This document shows positions 58,346 to 64,000 of a stretch of DNA of 64,000 bases, one piece after another. Position 1 is the first letter of the stretch. Each line of letters starts with the position of its first letter. The DNA lies in contig JANQFL010000087.1 of NCBI GenBank assembly GCA_028277845.1, positions 13,704 to 77,703 on the forward strand. Direction: 5' to 3'. The stretch is from Sneathiellales bacterium. GTDB lineage: Bacteria; Pseudomonadota; Alphaproteobacteria; JANQFL01. The notes under the pieces are model-generated. The model was not told the DNA's origin, made no database searches, and saw only the letters and a list, made by a program, of their open reading frames with translations. A program made the translations under genes and the position numbers.

Positions 58346-59827
58346 TCACGGCGCGAGTCCCAACAATTGCACCGCCGCTTGCTTGGCCACCGACACCGAC
58401 AGGTCCGTGTGAATGCCGAAATAGACGTTGGCGCCGATCAGCACCCAAGTCGGAATGAGCATGGAGAGCGGTGCTTCCTCGACGGTCGTCGCGCCGTCAG
58501 GCGATGGCCGGAAATAGGCCGCTTCCACCACCCGCCAGACATACACGACCGCAAGCAGCGACCCGACAAGCACGATCACGGCCGCCGGCCACCAGCCTTT
58601 TTCCATGGCACCCAGCAGCAGGTACCATTTGGACACGAAGCCCGCCGTCAACGGCACACCGATCAGACTGAGCCCGCCGATGACGAAAGCGAACATGGTC
58701 AGCGGCATGCGCCGTCCGGCGCCGGCGACCTGCTCGATACTGGTGGCGCCCAGCCGATAGGCGATGCAACCCAGAGCCATAAACAGGCCGCCTTTCATCA
58801 AGGCGTGGTTGAACAGGTGCAGGATGCCCGCGGTCAGGCCGCTGACATTCACCATGGCGATACCGAACACCATGTAGCCGATCTGCGCCACACTGGAATA
58901 GGCCAGCATGCGTTTCAGGTTGTTCTGGAAAATGGCGACGGTCGACGCCGTCAGGATGGCAAGCGACGCCAGGAAGATCAGGATGGGCGATTCCGGCAGG
59001 AATTCGAACGTGAAGAACTTGCCGAACACCGTGAACATGAAGCGCAGCATGACGTAGACCGAAACCTTGGTCGCCGTTGCCGCCAGAAACGCCGACACCA
59101 TCGACGGCGCGAAGGTGTACGCGTTCGGCAGCCACAAATGCAGCGGAAACAAGGCCAGCTTCAAGCCGACACCGACGAAGATAAATGCGGCCGCCGCGAC
59201 CGTGGTCGGCGAGGTCGAGACCGCCTCGATACGCACCGCCATGTCGGCGATGTTCAGGGTGCCGGTCATCATGTAGATCAAGCCGATGCCGATGAGGATA
59301 AACGTGGCACCGATGGTACCCATCACCAGGTACTGGAACGCCGCGGTCAACGCCCGCCGGTCGCGCCCCATGGCGATCAGGGCGTAGGACGACAGAGAGG
59401 AAATCTCCAGGAAAACAAAGATGTTGAAAGCATCGCCGGTGATGGTGATGCCGAGCAAACCGGTCAAACACAACAGAAATGCGGAATAGAACAGGACCTG
59501 CTTGTCCTCGGGAATTTCCTTCTCGACGCTGGCCCTGGCGAAAGTAGCGACTATGGCGGCTATGGCCGAAACGATCAGCAGCACGAAAGCATTGATCTTG
59601 TCGACCCTGTATTCGATGCCCCACGGCGGCGCCCAGTCACCGATGGCATACGATATCTCGCCGGCGTCCATGACCTGACCCAGCAGGGCGACGGATATGG
59701 CCAGGGCGAACCAGCTGACGGCAAAGGAAATGAACCAGGCCACCGTACCGTTGCGGAACAGAACCACGAACGGGGCCGCCATGAGCGGCACGACCACCTG
59801 CAATATCGGGAAGTGCGCGGCGATCAT
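58346..59827 (-). CDS. proton-pumping antiporter-like subunit (MrpA N-terminal/MrpD/NuoL-like)
   Basis: 493 aa polytopic membrane protein of the same family; first of three consecutive paralogs. Confidence 0.75.
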   Translation of the reverse strand: MIAAHFPILQVVVPLMAAPFVVLFRNGTVAWFISFAVSWFALAISVALLGQVMDAGEISYAIGDWAPPWGIEYRVDKINAFVLLIVSAIAAIVATFARASVEKEIPEDKQVLFYSAFLLCLTGLLGITITGDAFNIFVFLEISSLSSYALIAMGRDRRALTAAFQYLVMGTIGATFILIGIGLIYMMTGTLNIADMAVRIEAVSTSPTTVAAAAFIFVGVGLKLALFPLHLWLPNAYTFAPSMVSAFLAATATKVSVYVMLRFMFTVFGKFFTFEFLPESPILIFLASLAILTASTVAIFQNNLKRMLAYSSVAQIGYMVFGIAMVNVSGLTAGILHLFNHALMKGGLFMALGCIAYRLGATSIEQVAGAGRRMPLTMFAFVIGGLSLIGVPLTAGFVSKWYLLLGAMEKGWWPAAVIVLVGSLLAVVYVWRVVEAAYFRPSPDGATTVEEAPLSMLIPTWVLIGANVYFGIHTDLSVSVAKQAAVQLLGLAP

Positions 59828-60183
59828 GGTTCATCGTCCATGTGCTGGATCTCATCTTCCTCGGTCGTACCGTAGGATTCGTTGATGCGCACGATGAAGG
59901 ACAGACCCAGTGCCGTGGTGGCCACGCCGACAACGATCGCCGTCAGAATAAGGACGTGAGGCAGGGGATTGGAGAACACTTCGGGCTTACCGCTGAGAAT
60001 GGGCGCGGTGCCGCCTTCCACCTTGCCCATGCTGATATACAGCAGAAACACCGATGCCTGAAAAATGTTCAAGCCAACGATCTTTTTGACCAGGTTGCCC
60101 CGGGCCACGACGGTGTAGAACCCGGCCATCATGAGAAAGATGGCGATCCAGTAGTTGTAGTGTTCCAGAAACGCCGTCATCAC
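59824..60183 (-). CDS. mrpC: Na+/H+ antiporter subunit C (MrpC/NuoK-like)
   Basis: 119 aa, three TM helices, NuoK-like sequence (IGLNIFQASVFLLYI). Confidence 0.75.
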   Translation of the reverse strand: MMTAFLEHYNYWIAIFLMMAGFYTVVARGNLVKKIVGLNIFQASVFLLYISMGKVEGGTAPILSGKPEVFSNPLPHVLILTAIVVGVATTALGLSFIVRINESYGTTEEDEIQHMDDEP

Positions 60184-60596
60184 CGGCCCCGTCCGGTAAA
60201 CATCAGGAACACCATGATCATGACGGCGGCAACCGTGATACCGACACCCAATTCAATGAGCAGAATGCCCAGGTGCTGCCCGGCGACGCCGTCGGCCCGC
60301 AACACGCTGTAGTTCAGGAAATTGCCGCCGTTGATCATACCGACCACGCCCACCGAGGCGTACAACAGCAAGCCGAACGCCATCAGGGCCTGCAGCACCC
60401 TCGGCGGCGTCACCTTGACCGCGTTCTCGCGGCCGAAAATCAGTGCATACAGAATGAAGCCGGCGGCGAAGATGACTCCGGCCTGGAAACCGCCGCCCGG
60501 TCCGAAGTCGCCATGAAACTGAACGTACAGGCCGAACAACAGAATAAACGGGATCAGAAGCTTGGAGACGACACGGAGGACGAGATGATGCCTCAT
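60180..60596 (-). CDS. mrpB: Na+/H+ antiporter subunit B (MrpB/MnhB domain)
   Basis: MnhB-domain motif GPGGGFQAGVIFA. Confidence 0.75.
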   Translation of the reverse strand: MRHHLVLRVVSKLLIPFILLFGLYVQFHGDFGPGGGFQAGVIFAAGFILYALIFGRENAVKVTPPRVLQALMAFGLLLYASVGVVGMINGGNFLNYSVLRADGVAGQHLGILLIELGVGITVAAVMIMVFLMFTGRGR

Positions 60597-61063
60597 ACAC
60601 CGTCCTCCTTGTCACTGTCCCGGCGGCGCTTGCGCCCGCCCAGCATCAGCATGACACCGACGCCGGCGGTAAAGATTACCGTGACTTCACCCATGGTGTC
60701 GTAACCGCGATAGCTGGCCAGCACGGCGGTGACGATATTGGGCACGTCGATCTTTTCGGGCGTTTCCTCGATATAGCGCGGCGCCACGTGCGTATGGACC
60801 GGCGCGTCGGGATCGCCGAACGCCGGCATGCCCGTCGTGGCGTATAACAGGATGCCACCGGTCAACAGCACCACGGCCAGCGGCAGGAACGCGCCGTGAG
60901 TCGGGATCTTTTCCCGGCTGCGGGTGAGGTGCAGAGTACCCAGCATCAAAACGGTCGAAATACCGGCCCCGACGGCGGCTTCGGTAAACGCTACGTCGAC
61001 GGCATCCAGTACGACGAACGCACCGGCCATCAACAGGCTGTAGATGCCGGACAGCATAACCAC
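60593..61063 (-). CDS. MrpA C-terminal-domain-like / MbhD-like (DUF4040-type) membrane protein
   Basis: 156 aa hydrophobic protein located where Mbh-type operons carry MbhD; assignment is positional plus composition. Confidence 0.45.
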   Translation of the reverse strand: MVMLSGIYSLLMAGAFVVLDAVDVAFTEAAVGAGISTVLMLGTLHLTRSREKIPTHGAFLPLAVVLLTGGILLYATTGMPAFGDPDAPVHTHVAPRYIEETPEKIDVPNIVTAVLASYRGYDTMGEVTVIFTAGVGVMLMLGGRKRRRDSDKEDGV

Positions 61064-61140
61064 CGCGAACAGATTGCGCAGCCGGATGATGGCAATCGCG
61101 GTGATGACGAGAAACGCCAGCAGAATGATATCGACGAAGG

Positions 61141-61464
61141 TTACGATGACATGTCTTCCTTCTTCGCCGTAAGAGGACGCAATCCGGCGCTCAGCGCTGC
61201 GTTGGCCAGTGCGTAGGACGATGTCGGGCTGGTCACGAACAGGAATACAAGGATCAGGATCAGTTTGACCGTGATCAGCGTGAATCCGCTTTGCAGCGCC
61301 AGCCCCAATATGATCAGGCCGGCTCCGAGCGTGTCGGTGATGCCGGCGCCATGCATACGCGAGAACAGATCAGGCAGGCGCAGCACGCCCAGACCGCCGA
61401 TCATGGCAAACAATCCGCCACCGACGATCGCGATCCAACTGAAGATATCGAGCACCGTTTCCAT
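61141..61464 (-). CDS. mrpG: Na+/H+ antiporter subunit G (MrpG/MnhG)
   Basis: MnhG-like N-terminus (IAIVGGGLFAMIGGLGVLRLPDLFSRMH). Confidence 0.75.
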   Translation of the reverse strand: METVLDIFSWIAIVGGGLFAMIGGLGVLRLPDLFSRMHGAGITDTLGAGLIILGLALQSGFTLITVKLILILVFLFVTSPTSSYALANAALSAGLRPLTAKKEDMSS

Positions 61465-61468
61465 GGGA

Positions 61469-61771
61469 TCAGTCGTTCTCCCCGGCGGACGGATGGCCGA
61501 GGTCGCCGAATTTGAGAAACTTGAGCACCGCGATGATGCCGACGAAGTTGATCAGGGCGTACACAAGCGCGATATCGAGGAAGTCGGGCCGGCCGGTCAG
61601 AAATCCCAATACGGAAATCAACAGGACTGTTTTGGTGCCGAACATATTGACCGCCAAAATGCGGTCGAACACCGTCGGTCCGAGCAGGGCGCGGAGGATC
61701 GCCATGAACATGGTGACAAGCACGGCCAGCGCGGCGGCCAAATACATCAACGATCCGTCAATCATCGGCAT
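61469..61771 (-). CDS. mrpF: Na+/H+ antiporter subunit F (MrpF)
   Basis: 100 aa, three TM helices, MrpF-like. Confidence 0.7.
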   Translation of the reverse strand: MPMIDGSLMYLAAALAVLVTMFMAILRALLGPTVFDRILAVNMFGTKTVLLISVLGFLTGRPDFLDIALVYALINFVGIIAVLKFLKFGDLGHPSAGEND

Positions 61772-62240
61772 GGCCTTCGATGGCGGTCACCTTGCGATCC
61801 ATGGAGCCTTCTTCCAGGTCGGCGATGCCGCCGCCGGTCAGGGCATGGACGAGAATTTCGTCGTCGAGAACACGCAGGGAAACGGTGCCGGGTGTAAGGG
61901 TAATCGAATTGGCATAGATTACCCGGCCGAGGTCCGATCGTTGCGTGCAGGGGATCTGTTTGACCGTCGGATCGATCGGCAGAGACGGTGCGAGAATGCG
62001 CCGCGCCACATCGATGTTGGACAAAACGATCTGCCAGACCAGCCATGGCAGATAGGACGCGGAACGCCATCCGATATGAATAGGATGGCCTTCATGATCG
62101 ATCACGTCCATTCGGGCAGCAATCAGCACGACGCCGACGCACGACAGGACGCCCAACGTGATCAATAAACCGGTGAAATAGCCGGAAAGGAGTAGCCAGG
62201 TGGCGAATAGGAACGCCGCCAAACTAACTGCACGAAACAA
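61758..62240 (-). CDS. mrpE: Na+/H+ antiporter subunit E (MrpE/MnhE)
   Basis: MnhE-like motif ITLTPGTVSL; first gene of the module. Confidence 0.7.
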   Translation of the reverse strand: MFRAVSLAAFLFATWLLLSGYFTGLLITLGVLSCVGVVLIAARMDVIDHEGHPIHIGWRSASYLPWLVWQIVLSNIDVARRILAPSLPIDPTVKQIPCTQRSDLGRVIYANSITLTPGTVSLRVLDDEILVHALTGGGIADLEEGSMDRKVTAIEGHADD

Positions 62241-62493
62241 AATCCGACCTCTCTTTTACTGCCTGAACATGGCGCTTGTAATGTGACGATTCCATGTTCT
62301 GCCCGCATTTTGTGCGCGGAACATAATATGTTGCGAAAGAATCATTCAATGGAAATCGTTCGTCGGTGTATATAAAGCTGATATCGCTGGTATTTGTTTC
62401 AAGTTGTGTGCTTACTTTCGTTATACGGTTTATTTGAGACACAAAGAAAACCGTGTTAAGCTTCGGCATTCACGGGAGGAAAGAGCGCCAGTA

Positions 62494-63027
62494 ATGGAAG
62501 AGCGGGAAGTCAACCCGGAAGGCGCCCGGCAGGAAACTGTTGAGATAAACGGCACTGTTAAGTGGTTCAACAGGGTTAAGGGCTTCGGGTTTATTGTGCC
62601 AGTAGATGGCACCGGGGATGTATTTCTTCATTTATCTGCTTTGAGACAAGCCGGATACGACGCGGTCGATGAAGGCGCGACCGTGCGGTGCGAGGCAATC
62701 GAAAGAGATAAAGGACTGCAAGCGGTACGCGTGCTGGACGTCGACACCAGCACGGCCATTACTTCCGTGGAAGCGACCGAATCGGCGTCTTCCAAATTTC
62801 CTCCGGTAGACGCGGAAGGCGATTTCATGGAAGCCAAAGTCAAATGGTTCAACCGAACCAAGGGATATGGCTTCGTGACGCGCGGCGAGGGCACGCGCGA
62901 CGTGTTCGTCCACATGGAAACGCTGCGCCGCATGGGTATTTTGGAATTGCAGCCCGGCCAGGACGTCCGGGTGCGTATTGGGAACGGGCCCAAGGGCCCT
63001 CAGGTCGCCGAAATCGAAACAACCTGA
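62494..63027 (+). CDS. tandem cold-shock-domain protein (two CspA-like domains)
   Basis: Two CSDs with RNP1-like motifs ([12 protein letters not shown] and [12 protein letters not shown]); start at Met 31 of the ORF with GGAGG RBS; ~250 nt AT-rich leader upstream. Confidence 0.85.
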   Translation: MEEREVNPEGARQETVEINGTVKWFNRVKGFGFIVPVDGTGDVFLHLSALRQAGYDAVDEGATVRCEAIERDKGLQAVRVLDVDTSTAITSVEATESASSKFPPVDAEGDFMEAKVKWFNRTKGYGFVTRGEGTRDVFVHMETLRRMGILELQPGQDVRVRIGNGPKGPQVAEIETT

Positions 63028-63050
63028 CGACCGTTACAAATGACCGGTCC

Positions 63051-63080
63051 GGGGCCCGCCAACGCGGGCCCCTTTGTTTT
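63051..63080. terminator. rho-independent terminator between convergent genes
   Basis: GGGGCCCGC-CAAC-GCGGGCCCC perfect 9 bp stem followed by TTTGTTTT. Confidence 0.6.
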
Positions 63081-63082
63081 GG

Positions 63083-64000
63083 CTATTTCAACTCCACGGC
63101 ATAGTCGGCGATCGGCAGTGCCTTGCCGATCTGCTTCTGTTCGACCAGGAACCTGGCAAAGCGCGCGTACCGCGCGCTGTCCAGCGATGCCGGCCGCAAG
63201 GCGAATCGGGGCAGGGTGTCCTTCCAGGCCCGGCGGTTCAATTCATCGTCCAGGTCCTTGTGGGCCTTGATGAACAATTGCCAGCTCTCATCGGGGTGAT
63301 TGACCAGATACTGCACGGCCCGTTCCAGGGCATCCAGGAAACGCCGGTTCTTGCCGTCCGTCACCTTGTCTTTGTGGGCCACCAAAATCAGTTCGTCATA
63401 GGCCGGTACACCTTCCTCCTCCACATAGAAGGCACGGCCGGGCCGTTTGACGATGTCCATCTGATTGAGCTCGAAATTGCGGAAGGCGCCGATCACGGCA
63501 TCGACCTGGCCGCTGATCAGCGACGGCGAAAGGCTGAAATTGACATTGACCAGGGTAATGTCTTTGAGGCCCAATCCGTGCCGCGCCAGCATGGCCGCCA
63601 GCAAGGCGTCTTCAAACCCGCCAACGGAAAAACCGACCTTTTTACCTTTCAGGTCGGCGATCGACCGGATCGGGCTTTCTTTCAACACTACAAGGCTGTT
63701 CAAGGGTGTCGCCACCAAAGTGCCAATACGGCGCAACGGGAGGCCCTGGTCGACCTGGACATGCAGTTGAGGCTGGTACGACACGGCCAGATCCGCTTTG
63801 CCGGCGGCCACCAGCTTGGGCGGCAGGTTGGGATCGGCCGGCGGGATCAGTTCGACTTCCAACCCGGCGTCCTTGAAGTAGCCCTTTTCCTGGGCCACGA
63901 TCAGCGTCGCATGGTCGGGATTGACGAACCAGTCCAGCAAAACGGTCAACTTGTCCGCGCCGTGCGCAAATGTCGACACCGTCATGGCGGCGGCCAGAAC
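63083..64000 (-). CDS. periplasmic substrate-binding protein (NMT1/THI5-like, nitrate/sulfonate/bicarbonate-type ABC transporter), 5' end beyond window
   Basis: Reading frame continues to the window end with a signal-peptide-like N-terminus; NMT1-like core (KVGFSVGGFEDALLAAMLARHGL). Confidence 0.65.
   Translation of the reverse strand, partial: VLAAAMTVSTFAHGADKLTVLLDWFVNPDHATLIVAQEKGYFKDAGLEVELIPPADPNLPPKLVAAGKADLAVSYQPQLHVQVDQGLPLRRIGTLVATPLNSLVVLKESPIRSIADLKGKKVGFSVGGFEDALLAAMLARHGLGLKDITLVNVNFSLSPSLISGQVDAVIGAFRNFELNQMDIVKRPGRAFYVEEEGVPAYDELILVAHKDKVTDGKNRRFLDALERAVQYLVNHPDESWQLFIKAHKDLDDELNRRAWKDTLPRFALRPASLDSARYARFARFLVEQKQIGKALPIADYAVELK

Overview
High-GC bacterial chromosomal window, probably alphaproteobacterial (inferred from rplM-rpsI-argC and hom-glpX-recJ gene order and form II cox genes). 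All calls rest on manual motif reading of the six-frame ORF track; no database search was run. Positions 1-20437 are a co-directional minus-strand glycan biosynthesis island: three GT4-like glycosyltransferases, a SAM methyltransferase, two extended-SDR epimerases, two sulfotransferases, a B12-binding radical SAM enzyme, a clear UDP-sulfoquinovose synthase (SqdB/SQD1) ortholog, a NeuC/NeuB/NeuA-like nonulosonic-acid module with an embedded 2-hydroxyacid dehydrogenase, a second cytidylyltransferase, two KPHP-motif capsule-synthesis-like proteins and a fused ABC exporter. This island is the strongest candidate for an undescribed system (a sulfated or sulfonated acidic glycan). Its right edge abuts a ~275 bp nested imperfect palindrome (20468-20742). 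The rest is mostly housekeeping: PaaI thioesterase, rplM-rpsI, argC, gamma-carbonic anhydrase, phaC, OmpA-like lipoprotein, aminotransferase-hom-glpX-recJ, tRNA-Glu, agmatinase, a Sel1/PAS/FlgC-like/FliL-like group, SufU-SufS, a form II coxGSLMDE cluster with XdhC/MocA maturation genes, a FadB-like enzyme, a Panacea-domain protein beside an RHH/transmembrane/EF-hand ORF, ChaN, an Mbh-ordered Mrp-like antiporter module, a tandem cold-shock-domain protein and a partial substrate-binding protein. No rRNA, CRISPR array, transposase or integrase was recognised. Many long plus-strand ORFs in the track are antisense artefacts of high GC.
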